Shown here in pieces: positions 25,082-32,914 of a stretch of 32,959 bases of DNA (position 1 is the first letter of the stretch; each line of letters starts with the position of its first letter). The notes under the pieces were generated by a model, which saw nothing but the letters and a program-made list of their open reading frames with translations, did not search any database and had not been told where the DNA came from. The stretch is from Verrucomicrobiia bacterium (GTDB lineage: Bacteria; Verrucomicrobiota; Verrucomicrobiia; Limisphaerales; UBA11358), in assembly GCA_035279985.1 (NCBI GenBank), contig DATEGR010000062.1, forward strand, positions 1 to 32,959. The letters are read 5' to 3'. The translations under genes were made by a program, and so were the position numbers.

Positions 25082-25141
25082 TTATTGGCAGGGCATGTGG
25101 CCGTCCGTCTATTCGTAGTTCCGGCTGATGCCCGGATTTAG
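25082..25141 (-). pseudogene. 3'-terminal remnant of a third H-X9-DG pseudopilin paralogue
   Basis: The minus-strand translation is LNPGISRNYE*TDGHMPCQ*. It aligns with the C-termini of paralogue 1 ([19 protein letters not shown]) and paralogue 2 ([17 protein letters not shown]). The conserved Trp codon TGG has become TAG. Homology stops about 7 nt from the stop codon of the sialidase-like gene (25148). Confidence 0.7.
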
Positions 25142-25147
25142 AGTTGT

Positions 25148-26233
25148 CTACGGATGATTATTTGGCCAGACGCCGTTCACGATGGGGCGTAACGTCAGCT
25201 TTTGCGGGTCCAGCACCACATGTTTGATGCGCTTGCGTTCCCAGGTGTAGGTGATGTGAACAAGTCCATCGCGGGTCTGAATCACCGCCGGATAAGGAAA
25301 TCCGTTGGGTGCGTTCGGGTCGTCTTCCAGCACCAGAGCGGCGAACCAGGTCTGGCCATTGTTCGAAATCGCCACGTTGAGCGGGCTGCGGCCCTTGTTT
25401 TTCGAACCGGTTCGAACATTGTGGTTGTAAACCAAAAGCTGGCGCCCGTCCTTCAATGTCACCGCATCAATTCCCGAATCCGGATTCGGCAGCGAGGTCA
25501 GGGTTATTTTGCTCCAGGTCCGGCCGTCATCCGCCGACCAGGTCTCAAAAATCTTTCCTGCCTTCGTCCGGCCCAGCACCTGGAGCCGGTCGTCTGGATG
25601 AAACAGGATGCACGGTTGAATCGGCCCGATATCCGGGTCGCAGGCCACCGGCGGCGTGGCCTCCCAAGTTTTCCCCAAATCACTCGACCGTTCGAAATGC
25701 ACTGTGCGTCCTTTGGATTCGTCGCTGCTGCCGGACAGAATGTCGCCGTTGGCCAGTTGCACGGGTTTGTCTTTGATCGGACCCAGGATGCCCTCTGGCA
25801 GGCGATGCGGCCTCGACCACGTTTGGCCGGCATCCTCCGAGGTCATCATCATGCCCCACCAGGTTGCCGGACTGGGACCGGCTTTGTAGAACAACATCAA
25901 CGGACCCTTCCGCGGCTGGAATAACACCGGGTTCCAACACGGGTAGCGATTCGTCGTCGACACCACGCCATCGGCCACTTCCACCGGCGGCGTCCATTGG
26001 CCGCCGACATCGTGCGACAGCCAGATGCCCACGTCCGGATTCCGTTCCCGCGTGCCGCCGAACCACGCCGCCACCAGACCCTCCTTTGTCTCCGCGATGG
26101 TCGAGGCGTGGCAGGACGGGAACGGCGCGTTTGTAAAAATGAATTCCGATTTCACCAGACCCGGTTCGGCAGAAAAACCGATAAATGAGGCCGACATAAG
26201 AGTGGAAAACGCCAGGGTCAGTTTGAGGTTCAT
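25148..26233 (-). CDS. Secreted BNR/Asp-box sialidase-fold beta-propeller (non-canonical exo-alpha-sialidase-like; ulosonic-acid hydrolase candidate)
   Basis: 361 aa with signal peptide MNLKLTLAFSTLMSASFIGFSA. It has three clear Asp-boxes (SEDAGQTWS, SSDLGKTWE, SADDGRTWS). The N-terminal 'FPSCHASTIAETKEGLVAAWFGGTRERNPDVGIW' is characteristic of the short BNR_2-type sialidase-like family. I do not see the canonical F/YRIP motif. Confidence 0.8.
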   Translation of the reverse strand: MNLKLTLAFSTLMSASFIGFSAEPGLVKSEFIFTNAPFPSCHASTIAETKEGLVAAWFGGTRERNPDVGIWLSHDVGGQWTPPVEVADGVVSTTNRYPCWNPVLFQPRKGPLMLFYKAGPSPATWWGMMMTSEDAGQTWSRPHRLPEGILGPIKDKPVQLANGDILSGSSDESKGRTVHFERSSDLGKTWEATPPVACDPDIGPIQPCILFHPDDRLQVLGRTKAGKIFETWSADDGRTWSKITLTSLPNPDSGIDAVTLKDGRQLLVYNHNVRTGSKNKGRSPLNVAISNNGQTWFAALVLEDDPNAPNGFPYPAVIQTRDGLVHITYTWERKRIKHVVLDPQKLTLRPIVNGVWPNNHP

Positions 26234-26258
26234 GGTTTTAATCGCGGGGAATTCTCAG

Positions 26259-28295
26259 TTACTGCCGTTGCAGCCAGACGCTCATTTCGGACTTGCCACG
26301 GTTGTCCCAGACACAGTACGGAATCAACCGGGTTTTGACGGGGCGGGTCTGAACGTCGATCGCTTTGCGATAAAGTTGTCCATCCCATTCGCTCGCGGGT
26401 TGCGTCCGCAGCGTGCAGTCCAATGCCACCACGCCGCCCAGCAGCCGCCGGTCATAACGGGCCGCGAATTTAACATCCGTCGGCACGCGGATTTGCATGA
26501 CGCCGACGTTGCGTGGCAAGTCCGTGGATTCCAGGCAATAGACCACCGGTCCGCGTTTGACCGCCACCTGATGCAAATCATCTTCGACCAGCGGGTTCGC
26601 CTCAATTACCTCCACCGGCATCGGGATGTCGAGGTCAATGAAGTCACCCGGTTGCCAGGTCCGCCGAATTTCAAAATACGTTCCCGGCACGGGGGAATTG
26701 TCCGCCGGCCCGTCGTTGATCCGGACCGACGCGCTCCCTGCCCAGCCGGGGATGCGCAATTTCAATGCCAGCGGCATTTCGCCACACTGATTGATGGTGA
26801 TACGCACACGGCCATTCCACGGATAGTCGGTCTCCTGGGTCAGTTTGATCTTCCGTCCGTTCCCAATCGTCGTATCGAGCACACTGCCGCCATAGAGATT
26901 TATCCAGATCGTGTCGCCGGATTTGGCATAAGCATAATTTGCCGACTCGGCGATGGTGCGGACCAGATTGGGCGGGCAACAGAACGAATTGAGAAACGGC
27001 ACGCGCGTCCGCGGCCAGCGCAATTCCGTCGGCATCGTATCAAGCTGGCGCAGCGGGTTGACGTAAAAGTAATTTGTCCCGTCGAGGCCGCTGCCGGACA
27101 ACACGCTATTGTCCAGCGCGAGCTCAACCACGTCCATGAACTTCGCCTGGCCGGTGGCCAGGAACATTCGCCAGTTCCACATCACATTGCCAATGTTGGC
27201 ACAGGTTTCGCAGTAGGCGGTGAGGTTGGGCAGTTGATAGTTCCGTCCATACGCCTGATGAACCCGCGTGATCGTCTTCTGGTCTTTCGCGCCGTCCGGT
27301 GATGCTCCGTCCCACAACGCGCCACAGCCGCCGGTGATGTACATTTTTTTGTCGACCACGTTTGTCCAGATCGATTCCAGTGGCTTCCACAACGTTGGAT
27401 CGCCGGTTTCCAGGAACAAATCCGCCGCGCCGGCGTACAGGTAATTGGCGCGGACCGCGTGTCCCACGGCTTCGTCCTGTTCTGGAAAGGGAACACGGTC
27501 CTGATTGTCATCACCGCCGTCGGTCACCAGATCGCGCATGGCGAAGAGGTGCCTGGCGAGGGCCAGATAACGCGGGTTACGCGTCGTGCGATACAACTCA
27601 ACAACGCCCATGTAATGCGATGGACAAACCAGGTTTCGCGCCAGCTCCGGTGTCGGGCGCTGGAAAGTCCGATCGAGGAAATCCGCCGCGCGGCAGGCGA
27701 TGGCGAGCAGGTTGGTTTGCCCGGTCGCCCGGTAGTTGACGCACGCCGCCGTCATCAAATGGCCCAGGTTGTACATTTCAAAATCATTCGGGTTCTGAAA
27801 CGGCACGGCATTGGTGTCGCCGTTGCGCTCGCGAATCAGCGTGCCCGTTTGAATATAGCCATCCGCGCGCTGGGCCTTGCCGATGATGTCGACGATTTGT
27901 TCGATGGTCGCGCCCAGTCCGGGATCGTGCGTTTGGCCGTACATCGCCGACGCGCCTTCGAGCCATTTGTAGAAATCGCCGTCATTGAACGGCGCGCCGT
28001 GATGACGACCCGGTTCCAACCCGGCGGCGATGCGGAAGTTCTGATAAAACCGGGTGTAATTGGTGCCTTCCATCAGTTGCCACATTGCCGGGATCATCCG
28101 CTGACGGCACAGCGCAAAGCGCTCCGCCCACAGACCCTGCGTCCAATGGGCTTCATCCAAACCCACACTCCGAACCTGTGCGTCCGGACTCAGACGGTCG
28201 TCCGCCACGCCGGACTCAGCCGCGGCAACGCGGTTGAGTAATAAAAGTGTCGCGGCGAGAATGGCTCCCGAAAAAATAATTGGCAACCGGCGCAT
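26259..28295 (-). CDS. Glycoside hydrolase family 127 (DUF1680, beta-L-arabinofuranosidase family)
   Basis: The ORF extends to 28649 (TTG). The ATG at 28295 gives the signal peptide MRRLPIIFSGAILAATLLLLNRVAAAE; an alternative ATG lies at 28310. 'AYCETCANIGNVMW' (Glu/Cys Zn-site) and 'NSFCCPPNLVRT' (the Cys-Cys of the catalytic/Zn site) are GH127 HypBA1-type hallmarks. The overall length fits DUF1680. Confidence 0.9.
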   Translation of the reverse strand: MRRLPIIFSGAILAATLLLLNRVAAAESGVADDRLSPDAQVRSVGLDEAHWTQGLWAERFALCRQRMIPAMWQLMEGTNYTRFYQNFRIAAGLEPGRHHGAPFNDGDFYKWLEGASAMYGQTHDPGLGATIEQIVDIIGKAQRADGYIQTGTLIRERNGDTNAVPFQNPNDFEMYNLGHLMTAACVNYRATGQTNLLAIACRAADFLDRTFQRPTPELARNLVCPSHYMGVVELYRTTRNPRYLALARHLFAMRDLVTDGGDDNQDRVPFPEQDEAVGHAVRANYLYAGAADLFLETGDPTLWKPLESIWTNVVDKKMYITGGCGALWDGASPDGAKDQKTITRVHQAYGRNYQLPNLTAYCETCANIGNVMWNWRMFLATGQAKFMDVVELALDNSVLSGSGLDGTNYFYVNPLRQLDTMPTELRWPRTRVPFLNSFCCPPNLVRTIAESANYAYAKSGDTIWINLYGGSVLDTTIGNGRKIKLTQETDYPWNGRVRITINQCGEMPLALKLRIPGWAGSASVRINDGPADNSPVPGTYFEIRRTWQPGDFIDLDIPMPVEVIEANPLVEDDLHQVAVKRGPVVYCLESTDLPRNVGVMQIRVPTDVKFAARYDRRLLGGVVALDCTLRTQPASEWDGQLYRKAIDVQTRPVKTRLIPYCVWDNRGKSEMSVWLQRQ

Positions 28296-28449
28296 GACAA
28301 AAATTTCCATTCTTCGATCCAAATCGGGCCTCATGATAGGCCGGATTGCCTCGACGTAAAAACATTTCGTGCCCGCTGTCAAAAAAGACAAAATTTCTGT
28401 TGGATATCGCATTCTCGACACCCCGGACCTGTGGACATATTTTGGCCAG
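28296..28449. promoter_or_regulatory. Divergent intergenic region between the GH127 train (-) and GH78 (+)
   Basis: 154 bp, relatively AT-rich, and the only divergent junction in the window. It contains three A-tract/T-tract motifs: GACAAAAATTTCC (28296..28308), GTAAAAACATTTCG (28356..28369) and GACAAAATTTCT (28387..28398). I could not place a convincing -35/-10 pair. Confidence 0.4.
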
Positions 28450-31400
28450 ATGCATTGGTTCGACAGGATTCTGGGCGCTGGGTTGAAAACCATCTGCAGG
28501 TTTCCGGCGGCCATCGCGCTTGCTTTCGTGTCCTCCGCCTGGGCCAATACCACAGTCACGGAGTTGCGCTGTGAATATCTGGAAAATCCCGCGGGTATTG
28601 ATACCGGGCAGCCGCGGCTGGCTTGGATTCTGAATTCCGACGGGCGCAACCAGCGGCAAACAGCCTATCAAATCCTCGTGGCCGGCAGCGAGGCCCGGCT
28701 CAACGCGAACGTCGGCGATTTGTGGGACAGCGGCAAAGTGGATTCCGACCAATCCATCCAGGTGCGGTACACCGGCAAGGCGCTCGTGTCGGACGAACCG
28801 TGTTTCTGGAAGGTGCGCGTTTGGGACAAAGAGGGCAAGGCGTCGGCCTGGAGCAGGCCGGCAGAATGGAGCATGGGATTGCTCCAGCCTTCCGACTGGC
28901 ACGCCCAATGGATCGGGCTGGATGGCGAAGATGCCACCGATTACCTCGCCGGCACGGGCTGGATATGGTTCCCGGAAGGCGAGCCGGAAAAATCCGCGCC
29001 GCCCGGTGAACGGTATTTCCGCCGCGTGATCGTGATTCCGTCGGATCGCGAAGTTCGACGCGCCAGCTTCGTATACACCGGTGACAACCTGTGCCGGGGC
29101 TGGTTGAACGGCCGTGATCTCGGCGCCCGCGCCAGTTATCACGTCGTCAAGGACAACGACATCACGTATCTCCTTCAGCCGGGAACCAACGTTATCGCGC
29201 TCACGGGCTACAACCGGGGGACGAATGCAAAACCGGCGGGTGTCGTCGGTTTGTTGACGGTCGAATTCGACCATGGCCCGCCGTTGATCATTCCCACCGA
29301 CGACCAGTGGAAGGTCTCCGACCAGGACCCGGCCAACTGGAACATGCCGAGTTTCGATGACTCGGCGTGGGTGTCGGCCAAAGTGCTCGGTCCGGTCGGC
29401 ATGCAACCCTGGGGCAATGTCCGCATTTCTGAATCACGTCGGCAACCCGCCCGGTGGCTGCGAAAGCAGTTCAACGCCGACAAGAAGATCAAGCGCGCGA
29501 CGGTTTCTTTCTGTGGGTTGGGCTGGTCAGAGTTGTATCTGAACGGTCGAAAGGTGGGCGACGCGGTTCTGTCACCAGCTTTTGCTCAATACAACCGGCG
29601 TGTGTTCTACGTTACCTATGATGTGACAAAACAGTTGCGGCGTGGCGCCAATGCCATGGGCGTGGTGCTGGGCAACGGACGATATTATGCCGACCGCAGC
29701 AAGGTTTATACGGGCACGGCGACTTTTGGCTGGCCCAAATTGTTGCTGCAACTCCGCGTGGAATATGCGGATGGTTCAGTTTCGAACATCGTCAGTGATG
29801 CATCGTGGAAATTGACGACCAACGGGCCGATTGTGGCCAACAACGATTATGACGGCGAAGAATATGATGCCCGGAAGGAATTTCCCGGCTGGAGCCAACC
29901 GGGCTTTGATGATTCAAGTTGGCAGCCGGCACGAATCGTTGCCGCGCCACCGGGCGTCGTGGTTGCCCAGATGATTGAACCCATCCGCGTCACCGGCACA
30001 CTGAAGCCGGTGACACTGACCGAGCCAGAACCGGGCATCTACATTTACGATCTGGGCCAAAACATGGTCGGTTGGGCGCGGCTGAAGGTCTCCGGTCCGG
30101 CCGGCACGCGGGTGAGGCTGCGCTTCGCCGAAGTGCTCAAGCCGGACGGCACGCTTTACGTGGCTAACCTGCGCGGCGCGCTGGCCACCGACACTTACAC
30201 GCTCAAAGGGCAGGGGACCGAAGTCTGGGAACCGCGTTTTACTTCGCATGGATTCCGCTATGTCGAGGTCACCGGTTATCCCGGCAAACCCGGCCTGGAT
30301 GCCATCGCCGGCCGGATCGTGAACGACGATTTGCCGACCAACGGTGGGTTCGAGTGTTCCAATCCATTGCTCAACCGGATTTATCGCGCCGTCGTCTGGG
30401 GCGTGCGCGGCAATTATCACAGCATCCCGACCGATTGTCCGCAGCGCGACGAGCGGCAGGGCTGGCTCGGCGACCGCTCGGAGGAATCTAAAGGTGAAAC
30501 TTATTTGTTCGACAACTCAGCGCTTTACGCCAAGTGGCTGCAAGACATCGCCGACGCCCAGCGGTCCAACGGCAGCGTGCCGGATATTGCCCCTGCGTTC
30601 TGGCCCATTGACTCGGACGACGTCATCTGGCCCAGCACCGGCATCATCATCCCCGAAATGTTGCGCGAACAATACGATGACACGGAAACCATCACGCGCC
30701 ATTACGACAGCGCCAAAAAGTGGGTGGATTTCATGGGCGGTTTTGTCACCAACGGCCTCATCTCGAGGGACAGCTACGGCGACTGGTGCGTACCGCCGGA
30801 GGATCCGGCTTTGATTCATTCCCGGGATCCGAACCGGGCGACGGACAAAACCCTGCTGGCGACCTCCTTTTTTTTCCACGATCTCCGGCTGATGGAACGG
30901 TACGCGCAGATGCTAGGAAAAACCGACGATGCCCGGCAGTTTCACGACCAGGCGGAAAAGATGAAGACCGCGTTCAACAACCGGTTTCTTAATCGCGTTT
31001 CGGGCCAATACGACAACGGCTCCCAAACGTCCTGCGTGCTGCCACTGGCTTTTGGCCTGGTACCGGACGACCTGCGTCAGCGGATTTTCATTCATCTGAT
31101 GGACAAGATTGTGAACGAAAGTCACGGCCACATCGGCACGGGCCTGGTAGGCGGCCAATACTTGATGCGGGTGCTGACTGACAATGGCCGGCCCGATCTG
31201 GCCTACACCATTGCCAGCCAAAAAGCCTATCCCGGTTGGGGTTACATGATCGAACAGGGGGCGACCACCATCTGGGAACTTTGGAACGGTAATACCGCCG
31301 ATCCCGAAATGAATTCCCGCAACCACGTCATGCTGGTGGGTGACCTGGTCATCTGGCTTTACGAAGACCTCGCCGGTATCAAACCCGATCCGGCTGCGCC

Positions 31401-31737
31401 CGGTTTCAAGCACATCATCATGAAACCGCATCCAGTTGGCGGCTTATCCTTCGTCAAGGCCACGCACCGCTCGCCTTACGGTTTGATTGTGAGTGACTGG
31501 AAAAGGGACGGCGGAACTTTCGTCTGGCAAATTGAGATTCCCGTGAACACCACCGCCATGGTTTACGTGCCGGCGAAAAGCAATGATCAAGTCTTTGAAG
31601 AGGGCAGGTCTGCCGCTCATGTCCGCGACCTGAAATCCCTTGGCATGCATAGCGGCTACGCCGTGTTCAACGTCGGCAGCGGTAAATACCGTTTCACCAG
31701 TGAACGCTATCCGGCCAGTGAATCAACTTCACGGTAA
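28450..31737 (+). CDS. Alpha-L-rhamnosidase, glycoside hydrolase family 78
   Basis: The ORF opens at GTG 28369. The ATG at 28450 gives the signal peptide MHWFDRILGAGLKTICRFPAAIALAFVSSAWA. 'LRCEYLENPAGIDTGQPRLAW' is the usual GH78 N-terminus. 'DCPQRDERQGWLGD' is the conserved catalytic-domain motif. 'YPGWGYMIEQGATTIWELW' fits the six-hairpin domain. Confidence 0.92.
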   Translation: MHWFDRILGAGLKTICRFPAAIALAFVSSAWANTTVTELRCEYLENPAGIDTGQPRLAWILNSDGRNQRQTAYQILVAGSEARLNANVGDLWDSGKVDSDQSIQVRYTGKALVSDEPCFWKVRVWDKEGKASAWSRPAEWSMGLLQPSDWHAQWIGLDGEDATDYLAGTGWIWFPEGEPEKSAPPGERYFRRVIVIPSDREVRRASFVYTGDNLCRGWLNGRDLGARASYHVVKDNDITYLLQPGTNVIALTGYNRGTNAKPAGVVGLLTVEFDHGPPLIIPTDDQWKVSDQDPANWNMPSFDDSAWVSAKVLGPVGMQPWGNVRISESRRQPARWLRKQFNADKKIKRATVSFCGLGWSELYLNGRKVGDAVLSPAFAQYNRRVFYVTYDVTKQLRRGANAMGVVLGNGRYYADRSKVYTGTATFGWPKLLLQLRVEYADGSVSNIVSDASWKLTTNGPIVANNDYDGEEYDARKEFPGWSQPGFDDSSWQPARIVAAPPGVVVAQMIEPIRVTGTLKPVTLTEPEPGIYIYDLGQNMVGWARLKVSGPAGTRVRLRFAEVLKPDGTLYVANLRGALATDTYTLKGQGTEVWEPRFTSHGFRYVEVTGYPGKPGLDAIAGRIVNDDLPTNGGFECSNPLLNRIYRAVVWGVRGNYHSIPTDCPQRDERQGWLGDRSEESKGETYLFDNSALYAKWLQDIADAQRSNGSVPDIAPAFWPIDSDDVIWPSTGIIIPEMLREQYDDTETITRHYDSAKKWVDFMGGFVTNGLISRDSYGDWCVPPEDPALIHSRDPNRATDKTLLATSFFFHDLRLMERYAQMLGKTDDARQFHDQAEKMKTAFNNRFLNRVSGQYDNGSQTSCVLPLAFGLVPDDLRQRIFIHLMDKIVNESHGHIGTGLVGGQYLMRVLTDNGRPDLAYTIASQKAYPGWGYMIEQGATTIWELWNGNTADPEMNSRNHVMLVGDLVIWLYEDLAGIKPDPAAPGFKHIIMKPHPVGGLSFVKATHRSPYGLIVSDWKRDGGTFVWQIEIPVNTTAMVYVPAKSNDQVFEEGRSAAHVRDLKSLGMHSGYAVFNVGSGKYRFTSERYPASESTSR

Positions 31738-32883
31738 AACATCCGTCAGCGGTTTGCTGGTGATCAAGCCAATGCCGCGCCCGCCGGTGATGACGCCTTT
31801 CTTGCCGGGTACGGCGCAGTAAAACATATAAAACGTGTCGTTCCTTGGATTGTAAACCAGGGAAACCTTGTGGGCGTACTGTTTGTCCAATCCACTGGGA
31901 TTGCCGCCGCCCTTGTAAAGCGGGTCCGGGTCGGCCGTCCAGTGCATCAGGTCGCGCGAAAACGCAATCATGATGCTCGCCGTGCCATGCCCGACACCGA
32001 AGTAAAACATCGTCCAGTGGTCGCCATCCCGATAAACCTTCGGGTCGGAACAAAATCCTGCGTCGTAGCCGCCGGGGCGGTTGCGAACGATCGGGTTCGC
32101 CGGGTAATGAATCCATTGCGTCAGGTCGGTTGAAAACGCGACGCCCGTTTGCTCGTGGCGTTTGTATGCCGCGTTGTAGAAGTCGAAAAATCGCCCGTGG
32201 AATTCCATGAGCCACGGCATGTAAATGCGATCGCTCTCCCAGTCGGCGCAGTCGGGATCGCGGATGGAAAGCACGGGGGCGTCCTGCGCCGGACGCCAGG
32301 TCAAACCATCGTCACTGACGGCCAAGCCTTGCCCGTCGGGATGAAGTTCGTAACCGCCTTGCTGCGCATACGCGCCATACAACGTCCAGAATTTCCCATC
32401 GCGTTTCTTGAGCACGCGCGGCGCTTTCAGGTCGTAGGACTCGAGCAGGAAACCGCCGATGGTCCGGCCCCCATGGTCAAATTCACCCTCCGGCCCATAG
32501 CCCAGCGCCAGCCGGTAATGGCCCCAATGCACCAAATCCGTACTGTCGGCCACGTAGGACTGATAGCCCTTGCCGTCGAACGCCACAAAACTCACATACC
32601 ATTTGTCGTCGCCGGGAATCTGATAGACCGTCGGAATGTCCGTCCCGATGATATTGGTCGCGCCGGGCAGTGGCGGGTTCGACGGAATCACGTGCGTGGG
32701 CCAGTAATGCCAGTGGCGGAACGGCGCCGACCATGCTTGCAGAGCGCCGACCTGAATCGTCGTGGAATCTGCCGGAGCATTGGTAGGTTCCGCTCCAAAT
32801 CCACTTTGTCCGGTCATCAGTGCCAAAATTGCGGCCGCTTGCGCTACACAATGGGTTAAATGAATTTTAATGAGCGGTCTCAT
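31729..32883 (-). CDS. Secreted beta-propeller glycosidase-like protein (GH43/GH32/GH130-superfamily-like, family unassigned)
   Basis: The ORF runs to 32907. The ATG at 32883 gives MRPLIKIHLTHCVAQAAAILALMTGQSGFGA. Blade-end motifs recur: 'ADSTDLVHWGHY', 'AVSDDGLTWRP', 'AFSTDLTQWIHY', 'AFSRDLMHWTAD'. This pattern is typical of 5-bladed furanosidase-type propellers. The 3' end overlaps the GH78 3' end by 9 nt. Confidence 0.7.
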   Translation of the reverse strand: MRPLIKIHLTHCVAQAAAILALMTGQSGFGAEPTNAPADSTTIQVGALQAWSAPFRHWHYWPTHVIPSNPPLPGATNIIGTDIPTVYQIPGDDKWYVSFVAFDGKGYQSYVADSTDLVHWGHYRLALGYGPEGEFDHGGRTIGGFLLESYDLKAPRVLKKRDGKFWTLYGAYAQQGGYELHPDGQGLAVSDDGLTWRPAQDAPVLSIRDPDCADWESDRIYMPWLMEFHGRFFDFYNAAYKRHEQTGVAFSTDLTQWIHYPANPIVRNRPGGYDAGFCSDPKVYRDGDHWTMFYFGVGHGTASIMIAFSRDLMHWTADPDPLYKGGGNPSGLDKQYAHKVSLVYNPRNDTFYMFYCAVPGKKGVITGGRGIGLITSKPLTDVLP

Positions 32884-32914
32884 GATTCGGCGGTGTTCTG
32901 ATTTCAAATTTCCC

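Noticed and set aside
28296-28649. Upstream extensions of GH127 (to TTG 28649) and of GH78 (GTG 28369..28449), which would make the two divergent genes overlap by ~280 nt.
   Set aside because: Both proteins have ordinary signal peptides starting at internal ATGs (28295 and 28450). The extensions have no family similarity.
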